Notes: a model not told the origin generated them from the letters alone. 64,000 nucleotides of DNA from an uncultured archaeon (GCA_963782915.1 CAWALK010000015.1:262792-326791); one strand, 5' to 3'; shown: positions 1-10,532, numbered from the stretch's first letter. A program made the numbers and translations.

Positions 1-2
1 CG

Positions 3-197
3 GGGAAATATGCGCGGATGGCTTACAGTATGGGCAATCACCGCTCGTTTGTTAGTGCAATGGTTTTCCCATCTGAAGGAAACACCTATCGAATGGTTGA
101 TTACAGCATAGTTGCTGCACTTGAAAAGAAGGGTTTAGTGAAGGTTTCTTTTCTTTCGGATTGTGAAGCTGCATTTCAACTCGTCAAGGAGGATTAA
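3..197 (+). CDS. Hypothetical protein, 5'-truncated by window edge
   Basis: Open frame ...AALEKKGLVKVSFLSDCEAAFQLVKED*, ending just before the 201 ORF with GGAGG overlapping its end. Confidence 0.45.
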   Translation, partial: GKYARMAYSMGNHRSFVSAMVFPSEGNTYRMVDYSIVAALEKKGLVKVSFLSDCEAAFQLVKED

Positions 198-200
198 ACA

Positions 201-626
201 TTGAACTCTTTTACGCCTTCAGTCGTGGCCCCGCTTGAGTCCTGGGATGACACAAGCGACGTTATAGTGTTCCTGATTGAACAGAAAGAGGAACTTCACA
301 TCAACCAATACGCTGATTTAGTCCTCGAACACCTCCCCGAACAGTACCATGGCAGCCGACGATTCGTAACTCCCGAAAACCAATCCGCACAACTCGAAGG
401 CTACATAGCAGGCAAAGGCAAAATCCGTTTGGAATTCACCGCTGAATACCGGGATGATATTGTCGATGCTGAAACAGGTAACCAGATAGAAGGTTATAAT
501 GTCACTGTAACTCGCAAATTCGTTAACGATTGGCGGTCTAAGCCTGAACTGTTTGTTTCCTATGTCGTGGCGGGTTCAGATCGAAGCGATTTTGCAGTAA
601 TCAGCGAGGTTAAAGCGGAGGCTTAA
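201..626 (+). CDS. Hypothetical protein (MGE)
   Basis: 141-aa ORF, TTG start after AGGAGG, operon-like spacing. Confidence 0.65.
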   Translation: MNSFTPSVVAPLESWDDTSDVIVFLIEQKEELHINQYADLVLEHLPEQYHGSRRFVTPENQSAQLEGYIAGKGKIRLEFTAEYRDDIVDAETGNQIEGYNVTVTRKFVNDWRSKPELFVSYVVAGSDRSDFAVISEVKAEA

Positions 627-630
627 AAAT

Positions 631-927
631 ATGGCGAAATATACAGAACAACAAATCAACGATATCCTAAACCTCACAGGATGGCTCAACTCTCGAATCG
701 ATTGCTTCAAACTCTATGCGGTCCTAACCATCGGCGTAACAAACAACACCCGAGGACCTGGCGACTCATGGGAAATCACACAGAAAACCTACTCGGAGAA
801 AGCTTTAGAAATCAAACTTGAAGACTTCGCCGACTGCACAAGCAAGAATGCTGTTAAAAAACGGTTCAAACAAGTAATGCAGAAAGCCGTTTCAGCGGCA
901 ATGTTCCCAGGCAATAAAATTTTTTGA
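631..927 (+). CDS. Hypothetical protein (MGE)
   Basis: 98-aa ORF after GGAGG, 4 bp from previous stop. Confidence 0.65.
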   Translation: MAKYTEQQINDILNLTGWLNSRIDCFKLYAVLTIGVTNNTRGPGDSWEITQKTYSEKALEIKLEDFADCTSKNAVKKRFKQVMQKAVSAAMFPGNKIF

Positions 928-972
928 ATTATCCATCAGGAATTTAACAATAATTAAAAATGGTGAAGTAGA

Positions 973-1548
973 ATGAGTGAAAAACAAACCAATCTAAAAA
1001 ATAAAAACTCAGCCCTAATAGGCTATCTTGAATGTGAATTAAAAGAAAGTAAAAGCCTCGAGGAATTCAAGGTTAAGTTCGCAGAAATCAAAGCCATCAC
1101 TGAAGCAAGCGCCATTGCTGAAACAATCACCGCATCAGACGAAAAAGCAACCGCTGAGAAAATCGACTGGGGCGAATATGACAGCATCCTATCACGGAAT
1201 GTATGCGAGAAAACTATGCAGATCATGAATGAAGTTGAAGCATTAAGTGATTTCTGGCTTCAAATGATGAGTCGATTCGTCACCAAAGAAGGCTCTGAGG
1301 AGTGTGGAAGACCGTTACTGAATGATGAGAAAGTGGCTTTGCACAGTCTCTTAACTAAAAATCGAGCCGGTCCCATCGGAAGCAATAGTGAGATGTCAGC
1401 GCAGAAACTGTACAATGCTACCCGGCGAAAACTGGGCTTAAGCGAAGAAACCTATGAAGCCTTAGCGGAAGCTGCAGAGAAAACAGGTGTGACATCCGAA
1501 AAACTGCTCCATAGTATCATCTGTGAGCGATTTAATGTTGACACCTAA
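973..1548 (+). CDS. Hypothetical protein, possible C-terminal ribbon-helix-helix
   Basis: GGTGA RBS; C-terminal LSEETYEALAEAAEKTGVT pattern resembles RHH/CopG. Confidence 0.6.
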   Translation: MSEKQTNLKNKNSALIGYLECELKESKSLEEFKVKFAEIKAITEASAIAETITASDEKATAEKIDWGEYDSILSRNVCEKTMQIMNEVEALSDFWLQMMSRFVTKEGSEECGRPLLNDEKVALHSLLTKNRAGPIGSNSEMSAQKLYNATRRKLGLSEETYEALAEAAEKTGVTSEKLLHSIICERFNVDT

Positions 1549-1589
1549 AGCGGAGAAGTTCTTATAATATTTCCCCTCTCTTTCTAAAA

Positions 1590-1778
1590 GTGACCTATAT
1601 GGAAAAAGAATCAACTCCAAAAACTGAGCCCGATATACTCTTCTGTGGCCTTATCTTTCAAGCAAACGAGGAAACATACAAACGAATCAAAGAGTATATC
1701 CTCAAAGAAACCAATGCGAAACTAATAATCCAGAAGAAAGGCACTGAATACTTAACGGTCACTAAAACAGACAAATAA
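1590..1778 (+). CDS. Small hypothetical protein
   Basis: 62 aa; resembles the frameshifted ORF at 10533-10743 (GLIFQ..ETYKRI vs GIIFR..MDYARL). Confidence 0.55.
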   Translation: MTYMEKESTPKTEPDILFCGLIFQANEETYKRIKEYILKETNAKLIIQKKGTEYLTVTKTDK

Positions 1779-1790
1779 GTGAGAAAATAA

Positions 1791-2216
1791 CTATTCAGAA
1801 TTATCGTCAGCCACCTTTGACTTTTCCAGATTGAACATGAAAGGCATAAAATGAGTATTAAACTCGCAATCAGGCGCTTTGCATCTGACTCTTGCGCCTT
1901 CCTTGTTATCCCAATTATAAATCAATGCTTCGCGTCCATGCTTGGGGCAAATTGTTCTATTGATTATCCCCCGCCTACCAATATCCAGCTTACAAATAGC
2001 AATGCCATGTCTGAGTTTCCGTTTTCCATATTTGATGATAAGACGCTGTTTCTCGGCAGGTGAAGCCGAATAGTAAGATACTGCTTCTTTGAGTTCAAAA
2101 GCGGTTAAGCTCTGTGAGGGGCGTCCATGTGCTTTTTTGGGGATAGGAATCGATAGAATATTTGAACCCATCAATTGTTGATCGGATAGAAAACTCTGGA
2201 GAATTGTTTGCTGCAT
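1791..2216 (-). CDS. Hypothetical protein with putative Zn-binding motif
   Basis: CPKH...CKAPDC motif. Confidence 0.55.
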   Translation of the reverse strand: MQQTILQSFLSDQQLMGSNILSIPIPKKAHGRPSQSLTAFELKEAVSYYSASPAEKQRLIIKYGKRKLRHGIAICKLDIGRRGIINRTICPKHGREALIYNWDNKEGARVRCKAPDCEFNTHFMPFMFNLEKSKVADDNSE

Positions 2217-2228
2217 GATATTTTGGGC

Positions 2229-2654
2229 TTAAACTAAACTCACAGGCCAACCATCCAGAGATCGCCGATGTTTCTTGATTTGTCGCTCGCACTGCTTTAG
2301 GTAATCGTATTCTTTTCTGTTAACAGCTACTTCGCCTCGGGCGAGTAGTTTGAAGCCTAAACTTTTTGCTTGCAGTTCGAGAGTCTGCAGGGTGTCATCT
2401 TTAATTTCAGTTGGACTGTAGCCTTCTCTTATGCTCTGAGATTCGAGCCAAGATTCAACGTTTGGGTAATCTCGCAGTTCTTCAAAGGCTGATAATAGGT
2501 CCCCGGTGTCACCGTAGAATAGGTTATACTGTTTGATGGCGCTGCAGATTTCAAAAACATTAAATTTGGTGGTGGTTTTGTGCCATGTTCCTCTTGATTG
2601 GAGGTGTTGCTTGATTTTTTGGTATTCTGGGGGTAATCTAAAAGAATGCTTCAC
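2229..2654 (-). CDS. Hypothetical protein (MGE)
   Basis: 141-aa ORF in a minus-strand operon. Confidence 0.55.
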   Translation of the reverse strand: MKHSFRLPPEYQKIKQHLQSRGTWHKTTTKFNVFEICSAIKQYNLFYGDTGDLLSAFEELRDYPNVESWLESQSIREGYSPTEIKDDTLQTLELQAKSLGFKLLARGEVAVNRKEYDYLKQCERQIKKHRRSLDGWPVSLV

Positions 2655-2684
2655 AGATGTTTAGGATAAAAAGAAAAAGATTGT

Positions 2685-3068
2685 TTAAGGTTCGAAACGC
2701 TTAACGTCTTCTGGCCTTAGGGGACCTTTGCATATTACGCAGCATTTCTCGAAAACAGAGTACCGTGCTTTGTTCCGCTCTGCAACATTGACATTTTGGC
2801 ATTTCTTTCTTGCCTCAATTATGCTCTTCAATGTTCTGATTTCACGCTGTTTTGTCTTGATTGATGCTTCAACCTTTGATTTCTCAGCGGCATAATCGAA
2901 CTCTTGTTTTTCAAGAAAACTTAGAACAAACGGGTCGGTGGGTACTGGTTGGAGGTTTACTTGATTGATTTCTCTTTTTAGGTTTTCGATTTTTAGTTCG
3001 GTTGATCTAACAAACTTTTCGCATTCCCTATATTTTTCGGGGATTTCTTCGTCAAACACTCTGGTCAT
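2685..3068 (-). CDS. Coiled-coil protein with C-terminal CxxC (paralogue of 3637-4101)
   Basis: ELKIENLKREIN matches ELKINDLENQLN; FDYAAEK matches FDFNAER. Confidence 0.65.
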   Translation of the reverse strand: MTRVFDEEIPEKYRECEKFVRSTELKIENLKREINQVNLQPVPTDPFVLSFLEKQEFDYAAEKSKVEASIKTKQREIRTLKSIIEARKKCQNVNVAERNKARYSVFEKCCVICKGPLRPEDVKRFEP

Positions 3069-3129
3069 AGTTGTTTCCTCTAACTGTTTTGGTGTTTTCC
3101 ATTAAACCGAAATTTTCAAGTGACAATAT

Positions 3130-3378
3130 ATGAGCCTAAAAGAAGCCGTCAAAAAACAGTATGCAGAACTTGGGTTAGTTTTTAATGAGAAAGATTTCCC
3201 AGATGACAACGAAGATCCACTTGCAGCGGTATTATCTAAAGAGAAAATTGATTGGTTGAATGTTGAATCTAAAAAAGCTGAAGCGGTTAATCAAATATCG
3301 AACGAATTCTATTTGCTTGCTGCAGTTAATAAGCAAAGAGAAGAAGCTGGATTACCGCCTCTTGTAACTTTAGAGTAA
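3130..3378 (+). CDS. Small hypothetical protein (paralogue of 4166-4378)
   Basis: MSLKEAVKKQYAELG vs MSLESAVEKCRKELG. Confidence 0.65.
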   Translation: MSLKEAVKKQYAELGLVFNEKDFPDDNEDPLAAVLSKEKIDWLNVESKKAEAVNQISNEFYLLAAVNKQREEAGLPPLVTLE

Positions 3379-3392
3379 AAAATTGAAACAGT

Positions 3393-3587
3393 TTAAATCA
3401 GTGAGAAGGAGCCATAACTGTAATTATCCCACACTTGAAGGTATTCTCTAACTTCGATTTCTGTGTAACCAAGATTCTCCCATTCGGCTTTACGTTCATT
3501 TGCTATTTCGATGCTTGAAACCTTGCATCGTACTGGTTTACCATTCGGGTCTTTGGCCGCTAATCGGTAAAACATTTGTGTAGTCAT
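3393..3587 (-). CDS. Small hypothetical protein
   Basis: ORF from ATG 3587 (MTTQMFYRL...). Confidence 0.45.
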   Translation of the reverse strand: MTTQMFYRLAAKDPNGKPVRCKVSSIEIANERKAEWENLGYTEIEVREYLQVWDNYSYGSFSLI

Positions 3588-3636
3588 GTTATTAGTCTCA
3601 AGAGATTTAGTGAAAAACAGAGAAAAGAGAGAAATT

Positions 3637-4101
3637 TTACTCTTTACGGTTTGCTGCTTTAGCACTTTTCAATTCAGCGGCTTTTTGTTCTCGTTGGGCT
3701 TTTTCCTGTTGTTTCTTGGCGATATCTGCTTCTTGTTCTGCGATTTCAGCGTAGAATGGCTTAAACTGGCATTTTTCGCAAGCAGCACCGGTTTCTTTTC
3801 CATGAGGTCCACGTTGTGCGGGATAATGTTGACTCCAACAATTTTTTAATTGAGCTATTTCAGAGCGGATGCTGCTGATTTCTATCTTAATTTTGTTGGC
3901 TCCTTCCGTTAACTCGGCGCGTTCTGCGTTGAAGTCAAAACCAAACTTTTTGTTTAAGTAATGTTTGATTACGTCTAAATCGGTGAAGACGTTTCCTTCT
4001 TTGTTGAGTTGATTTTCTAAATCATTGATTTTTAGCTCGAGTTGAGTTACTTTTCCTTGACATTGTTGACGTTTTTGATTTATTTTTTCGGTATCTATCA
4101 T
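3637..4101 (-). CDS. Coiled-coil protein with CxxC (paralogue of 2685-3068)
   Basis: Heptad-rich sequence, ACEKC motif. Confidence 0.65.
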   Translation of the reverse strand: MIDTEKINQKRQQCQGKVTQLELKINDLENQLNKEGNVFTDLDVIKHYLNKKFGFDFNAERAELTEGANKIKIEISSIRSEIAQLKNCWSQHYPAQRGPHGKETGAACEKCQFKPFYAEIAEQEADIAKKQQEKAQREQKAAELKSAKAANRKE

Positions 4102-4165
4102 AATGGTTCACTGAATTATTTGGTGAATATTGGAATTAACCGAAAATTTTAAGGAAGAAACGCAT

Positions 4166-4378
4166 ATGAGTTTAGAAAGCGCAGTCGAGAAATGTCGTAA
4201 AGAATTAGGCATAACTAATACAGTAAATTTGATACCGCAGAAACGTAGTGTGTTGATTATTATTTATCTAAAACTGATATTGTGGTCAAAACTATTTTCA
4301 GGGATTAATAACATTGGAAATCAAGCGGACCAAAATATTCTTTTGCAGGCTAAAATGAGATGGAAAAAGAACAAATAG
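4166..4378 (+). CDS. Small hypothetical protein, probable internal indels
   Basis: N-terminus matches the 3130 ORF; an alternative frame gives DYYLSKTDI, matching AVLSKEKID. Confidence 0.5.
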   Translation: MSLESAVEKCRKELGITNTVNLIPQKRSVLIIIYLKLILWSKLFSGINNIGNQADQNILLQAKMRWKKNK

Positions 4379-4508
4379 GTTAAAATATCGATATAATATT
4401 TGGGTATAAGATAGTTTTGTTGGTGCAGGGTTATAATCTCTGAACACCATAGGAAGAACTAAATTGACAGATTAGAACAACGAGCATTCGACTTCATATA
4501 CTTTTCGG

Positions 4509-4690
4509 AAAAAAAAAAAAAATATATATAATATTATTATATATATATATTTATATATATATTATATTATTTTATTATATTATATTATATTATTATATTA
4601 TATTATATTATTTTATTATATTATATTATATTATTTTATTATATTATATTATATTATTTTATTATATTATATTATTTTATTTTATTTTAT
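4509..4690. repeat. Pure A/T low-complexity tract, poly-A then (TATTA)n-like
   Basis: About 180 bp with no G or C. Confidence 0.9.
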
Positions 4691-4696
4691 GTTTGA

Positions 4697-5080
4697 TTAT
4701 TCATTGAGTAGTTGCTGCCAAGTTAACTCTTCCACAACAACAAAACCCACAAACCCCAAAATAGCAGCAATCGGATCATCTCCAATCTGTGCGCATGGAA
4801 TGCTATGAACTTTATAGTAACTGTGCTCGTCACTGTCTGGTTTTGTTGCTGGATCGTTGCTCCAGGCACGTAACGCAGCTTTAGTTAAGTGTCCATGTAT
4901 CAATTTTGCTGAATAGAGAAATTTGCTCAGTGATTCTGTAAGTTCTTGCTGAGAGGGCGAGTTTGGCACTTGCACAGTTTTACCGATGTTTGCACGGTAG
5001 TTTATTGTGTTTCCGTATTCCCATCCGTTTCTTTGAGCGTAAATGTAATAGTCTGCTTCAATGCCGATGTAGTTCACCAT
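4697..5080 (-). CDS. Hypothetical protein (MGE)
   Basis: 127-aa ORF, ATG after GAGG. Confidence 0.55.
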   Translation of the reverse strand: MVNYIGIEADYYIYAQRNGWEYGNTINYRANIGKTVQVPNSPSQQELTESLSKFLYSAKLIHGHLTKAALRAWSNDPATKPDSDEHSYYKVHSIPCAQIGDDPIAAILGFVGFVVVEELTWQQLLNE

Positions 5081-5818
5081 TTGATTGCCTCTTTGGTGGA
5101 TTCTTAAAAAGAAGGTTGAATGGATGGTAAAGCTTCAAGGAGCGGGTCGGTTTCTTTGGTTTAAAGATTGGTTGACACATAAGTCCTGTTTTAAAAGGGT
5201 CAACTACCCAGAATATGCTTCTGCGTTAAATAACCAAACAAGCCGCCGACAGTAGTCAAAACCAATACCGTTATGGATATACCCTCTAATTGGGGTAAGC
5301 CATTCAGGATAAACGTTTGCTGTTATAACTAACACAGTTTCTTTCGCATTTGCCGGTGCAACCTTCGAAGTCAGCGACATATTTACCGTTACGCAGTTCC
5401 AAATCTTTTAGAGAGGTATTGAGATTTGATAGGGGCTTTGTGTGTAGGAATTGTCTGTTTGTATCTCTGTAAATATAGTAGAGTTGGTTGACAGAAACCT
5501 TCTGATACAGACTATCGACGCCGATGAGAGTGTTTTTCTATTAAGTAACTGAACAGTTTGCTTACAGTGTTGAAGCTGCACCAGAAGCGATCGCTTCTAA
5601 GATGTGGTAAGCCAATCGGGATGAATAAGTCCAGCGATAACAGACACAGTTTCGACTGCATTTATTTTGGCAACCATTGAAAGTCAGCGTATGGGCCAGG
5701 ATGGTTTTGCAGGTTTTCTAAGGATTGTGTGATTCTTTGAGGGGTTGGTTGATTTGACATATTTAAGCCTCAACTGAGTCGGTCTTATCTTACAAGTATT
5801 GAAGATAGAAGCCAAAAT

Positions 5819-6612
5819 TCAAGTGCAGTGTGTTACCGCTTTTGAGCCATAAATGATGCAGTTCTTCCCCAGAGCGCCTATGATGCCTGCATTGAACCGC
5901 TGGATTAACCAGATTCTATAACCTAAACGTGCTGCATTATAACAGTAGCCGAGGTCTTCCCCTAACTGGATGCCTTTTCCTCTGAATTGGAAAGTTTCAA
6001 ATCTTAAACGCTCATCAAGGACCGTTTTCTGGCTGAGACATAAACAGGCACTGCATACATAACCCGACTGTGATAACATATCAGGAAGAGAATTGGCAAA
6101 ACTCAAAGAGGCAATCATATTGTTTATGAGTACAAAATTGCCGTAGCCCACGGCTAACTGTTCAACTTTTGAACCGTCTGCGAATCAGTAATCCTATAGG
6201 GACAACAACTATACCCGATACTATGTCTTTACCGCTGCTTACAAGGGCCTTTAATCCGTCTATTGGAAGCGAGACGTCGCTATCAACAAACACAGCAAAA
6301 TCATAACCTTTAGCTTGTTCGAGCAGAAGGTTACGGTGGATGGCGAGTTCCTCAAAACGGGTTTCTGCTATGATATATTTTTGTGCCTTGGATGATTGTG
6401 TAGGGTAAACTGAAATGTGTCTTTAGGAAAAGAATGTAGTTTTCTTTGACTCTGGGTTAGCTGTGAAGATACAATATATTTTTTCTTTTGATGGTTTGTT
6501 TTTGGAGTGCTCAAGATAGAGGATTAATGCGGTTTCTATGGCGTTATTGATTGGTGTGGGTGGTAGAGGTGTTAATATGGTGATTGAGGGTTCAGTATGA
6601 GGCTATAGCATT
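5819..6612 (-). pseudogene. GT-A fold glycosyltransferase, split by frameshifts
   Basis: Hand translation gives RNLLLEQAKGYDFAVFVDSDV (DxD) and KDIVSG, then GEDLGYCYNAARLGYRIW in the 5819-6151 ORF. Confidence 0.65.
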
Positions 6613-6982
6613 GTTTGTTGAACTAAGATGCTTTTAAGCATAGAAAAAGAAGTTGAGAGGGCGGCTAAGGGTTGATTGTTACCGTATATCTGTGGGTAAC
6701 CTGTTGGCGGTGTTCCAAACTTCGATGGAAGCCGAGGGATCGAGTTTGAATGTATGCTTCGGTTTTTTGGATGTCAGGCAGCTTGATTTTTGTTTGCTTT
6801 TTTTAAAAGGTGTTTTTTTTTTTAAGATTGGCTATTTTCGGTTTGTGTTTGATTTGATTGGTTTGGTTTGTTGTTTACAATGGTTCTTGTAGGGTTTTGC
6901 ATTTCGTTGTTTACCCTGTCTTTTCATTCAGTTCTATTTTGTTGCATGTTTCAGATTTCGTTTGTTTGTCAATAAATATTTT

Positions 6983-7216
6983 TCACGCTCTGTGGGCGGC
7001 TTGGAAACGCTGCATAAACTCTTCACCAGATTCTTTTAATTCAAAAGGAAAAGCACTGCTTCGCTGGATAGTCAATAAGTTATGTTTTTCTAAGAAGGCT
7101 AAATCTCGGTTCACGGTCCACCAAACACTAACGCATTCGGCTGCTTTGCTAACAGTAAATCGTTTAATTGTTTGTCGTAAGGCGATTAATCGTTGGCGTC
7201 TACGCTGAATATTCAA
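6983..7216 (-). CDS. Possible HTH protein
   Basis: TVSKAAECVSVWWTVNRDLAFLEK resembles an HTH; region is noisy. Confidence 0.3.
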   Translation of the reverse strand: MNIQRRRQRLIALRQTIKRFTVSKAAECVSVWWTVNRDLAFLEKHNLLTIQRSSAFPFELKESGEEFMQRFQAAHRA

Positions 7217-7583
7217 ACTTGAGGTTCTTTGACGTTTCTGACTTTAACATTTAGTTGCACTCATCTGGGTTTTCTCCATGTTATATTGTTCCAAAATGTG
7301 TTTTCTTGCAGTTTTTCGCAATTTTATAATAATCCCTTCGGTTTTATCTGCACCAAACAGAGCAACAAAAACCGGTTAACTGCACAAAAACTCTGAAAAT
7401 GTATCGTTTTGTATCTTTTCGCTAATAGTGTCCGCTTTTGTCTGTTTTTGTGTCTTTTTGTGTTGTTTTCTCGGAAGCGTTTGGTAGCATCTAACAGTGA
7501 AAAAATGAAAACCTGTTGAAATGTGATGTTTTGTGAAGTTTGGGGTGCAATTAAAAAGAAGAAGAAAGAAAAGTTAGCGTTTG

Positions 7584-10223
7584 TTAGCAGTTTTCTGCGC
7601 CAGGGTTAGGTGATTCGAAGCCTCTACAGTTGATTGGTAATGGTGATTGCGGGGTTCTGTCTCCCCAGTGACCACTGGGGGGTTGACAGGTCGGCTTGTC
7701 AAAATGGGTACATTCGGCTTTGCAGAGGCGGGGCTTTTCAGTCTGTGCAGGTTGTGCAGGCTGTGCAGTGGTTTTGTACAACTTGTCTATATTTTCACTA
7801 TTTTCTTCTATCTCTTCCTTTTTTTCTAAGGAAGAGTTAGAAAAAGGCTGCACAAGTTGCACAGGTTGCACACTTTTTACCATCACATAACGGTAAGCCC
7901 AAACTTGCTGCTTGATTTCTTTGCCTTTAGAGTCAGTGCCTGCCGAGATTCGTATTCGAAGGCGTTGAGCTGCGGGGCAGTAGTCACGCATTGCTTTAAT
8001 TAAGTCGCCTTGCCGTGGGATGGGTTTTCTTATTTCAGCTGTTTTCCAGAACTCGACTATTTTGCGGTATAGGTCGTCTTGTAGGATTTCGTCGGATTCG
8101 CTGTTGGTTACTTCAAGGCTTTTCTCGATGAAGTGCCGTGTGGGTGCTGATTCGCGTATGTAGAAGTCCTTTTTCTGTGGTGTTGTCATGTTTTCTGTGT
8201 AGCCCTTTTGTTTGCGTAGGCGTTTTATGCCTTCGATTGCATGATTTAGTAGTCCGCTCATTTCTTGGGGTGTGGTTATGGTGTCTGCGAAGTTTGGGAT
8301 TTTGTCTTTTTCTGCGACTGTTCTTTCATATTTTTGGGGTAGCAGGCGGTTGTAGTAGCTGTCGTCGTCTTCGCTTGGGTTGATGGCGGGTAGGTTATTA
8401 CAGTTCATCCAGAATTTACAGTATGGTAGAAACTGGAAGGTTTTCTGGTACATTGGGCGTCCCATGATGAAGCCGCCACCTGTGATTGTTTTCCAGACGC
8501 CAGTTGCGCGTAGTATACTGCTGCTTGTGTCGTCTCCTATGTTAAGGTATTTCTGATAGAGATCGCTTGGAGCGTTTTTGTCATGGTTAATTTCTTGGAT
8601 TGTGTGGCTTGCAATGTTTTGCCAGTCGAGAAACCGCATTACTATTTTGGCTTGCTGTGTTTTGCTTGTGTCTGTTGGGCCGACGGCGACGTATGAACGT
8701 TTGTATTTGTTTGTTGATAGGATGCAGTCACCCAAGAACTCGTAGAATATTAGCTGCTGTGTTTTGTCTATTGTTTGGTCTTCGAAGGCGTCGATTTTTG
8801 GGCAGGATGCGTTTGGGTCATAGTTCCATGGGATTTTATTTATCAGGTAAATGTCTGGTGTGTATGGTTGTAGCTGCATTGTTTCGATATTTAGGATGCC
8901 GTTTCTGACAAGGATTAAGTCGGGGTTGTTGCTTACGCTTTTTTCGGGTGTTTTTCCCATAATGTAGTAACGTATGTCTTTGTGGTAATGTTCACGGGTT
9001 TCCTCATCGAGTTCAGTTATGATTTCACGCCGTATAACTTCTTCAGCGATTGTTTGGCGTAGATACAATCCTTCTGTCTCATCGTAAACGTATAGTTGGC
9101 GGCTTTCTTTGTCGGTTATGAAGTGGTGTTTTGCAAGTATGTTTTTTGCGACGTTTATGGGGTTTACGTTATCTTTTTGCTGTTGTTTCTTGAATTGTTG
9201 ACGCCATGGGCATTCTTCATGCTGTCGGGGTAGAGGCAGTAACCGTATTCTTTGATGGTTTCACATTTAGCGGTGCGTTCAGGTTTAGCACTAAGAATAC
9301 CCTGCATGGTTTCTTTAGAATTGAAGCCCTCTTGAAGCTTGAATAAATCCATTATCTGCTCAGTGGTGTAGCCGTCACGTTGAAGCTGTGCCGCGATTGT
9401 CACTCGCATTCTATGACTGCCACCATGTTTTAGTTGTTTCTTCTCAAGCAACTCATATGATGCATGGTCGCTTAACAGAAGCTTTATTTTGCCCGGTAAC
9501 TTCCTTTTCATGAACCATGTTTGAAGATGGTGACGCTTTAGCTGGCTGCTCGAGTCCCACCTCTTCGCATGTTTCAATAAAGATTTTGTAAGCATCAGTA
9601 ACTATCGTGGGTTGATTGTCATTTAATCGGTAGTATCCTATACTGCCTTCGATGACTACCCACCAAGGTCCACAGATGTATTCGATGTGTCCAACTTCTG
9701 TTTTAGCGGTTGCCTCGGGGGATTTAAGGTTGAAGAATAGTCGGTGTTCGCCGTTGTTGATGGTTAACCCGTGGTATGTTATGGGTAGATGTGTGTGGAA
9801 TTCAGTTTGTTTTTGAGCTAATTCTGGGGTGTAGCCTTCGCCTTTTTTGTCTGTGTCGATGGTTACGGGGTAAACTGTTACGGTTTCGCCTGTTGTTGGG
9901 TGCTGGATTGTTAGGGGTGTTCCCATTAGGACGCCGAACATACGGTACTTGTCGAAATGTTGAGTGTTGAATTCTTCAAGTGTTTGGGGTCGGCGTTTCC
10001 ATTCTTCAAATAAGCCTGTGGCTATAACGGGGGATTTGTCCCATTTCTTTTTTGTTGGGTTCCATTCATGTCTGAAGGGTACGATTGTGCAGCCGAGGTT
10101 GTGCCAATAGTTGATTTGCTGCAGCATTGATTCACGGTTGAACGGTGGTAGTTTTGGCTCTGGTGTTTGGGTGCTGTTGACAGTTACCTGTGGCGTTTGT
10201 ATGGTTACTGTGTTGGCATTCAT
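7584..10223 (-). CDS. Replication protein: prim-pol + PriL-CTD-like 4-Cys domain + D5-like SF3 helicase (about two frameshifts, ~9460 and ~9215)
   Basis: Prim-pol motifs IDTD and TINNGEH; PCI..CETIKEYGYC..CPW; D5_N NGILNI...WNYDPNASCP; Walker A-like GPTDTSKT, Walker B IGDD, NCNNLP. Confidence 0.8.
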
Positions 10224-10226
10224 CGG

Positions 10227-10388
10227 TTATCGCCTTATTGCTGTTTCTGCTTTCGGAAGATCGTGGCAGGTTAAATCGGCATGGTCTTGGCAAGTGCTGC
10301 AGTTGTTAGGTGCTCGGGGAATAAACGGTTGGCTTGGTTCACAGCAGCTTGGAACAGAAGCATAGCGTCTTTGTGGTTGCTCGGTCAT
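10227..10388 (-). CDS. Small Cys-rich hypothetical protein
   Basis: CC..CSTC..C, directly upstream of the replication gene. Confidence 0.45.
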   Translation of the reverse strand: MTEQPQRRYASVPSCCEPSQPFIPRAPNNCSTCQDHADLTCHDLPKAETAIRR

Positions 10389-10401
10389 GGTCGATTCTCG
10401 A

Positions 10402-10530
10402 CTATTCAAAAGCCACTAAAGCAGATTTTAGCGTGGTCTTCATGTCGTTGAGCAAGTCTAGCAATTCCTCTTTGGTGACTTGTGGTTTAGCGTCAATAAC
10501 TACGTATTGTTGCTGTTGAGTTTGCTGCAT
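10402..10530 (-). CDS. Small hypothetical protein (42 aa)
   Basis: MQQTQQQQYVVIDAKPQVTKEELLDLLNDMKTTLKSALVAFE*, GAGGAG RBS; not in ORF track. Confidence 0.5.
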   Translation of the reverse strand: MQQTQQQQYVVIDAKPQVTKEELLDLLNDMKTTLKSALVAFE

Positions 10531-10532
10531 GG

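Noticed and set aside
5100-5800. Possible gene(s) between the GT and 4697-5080; also 6650-7560
   Set aside because: Looks like degraded coding sequence, but I could not recover any recognisable motif
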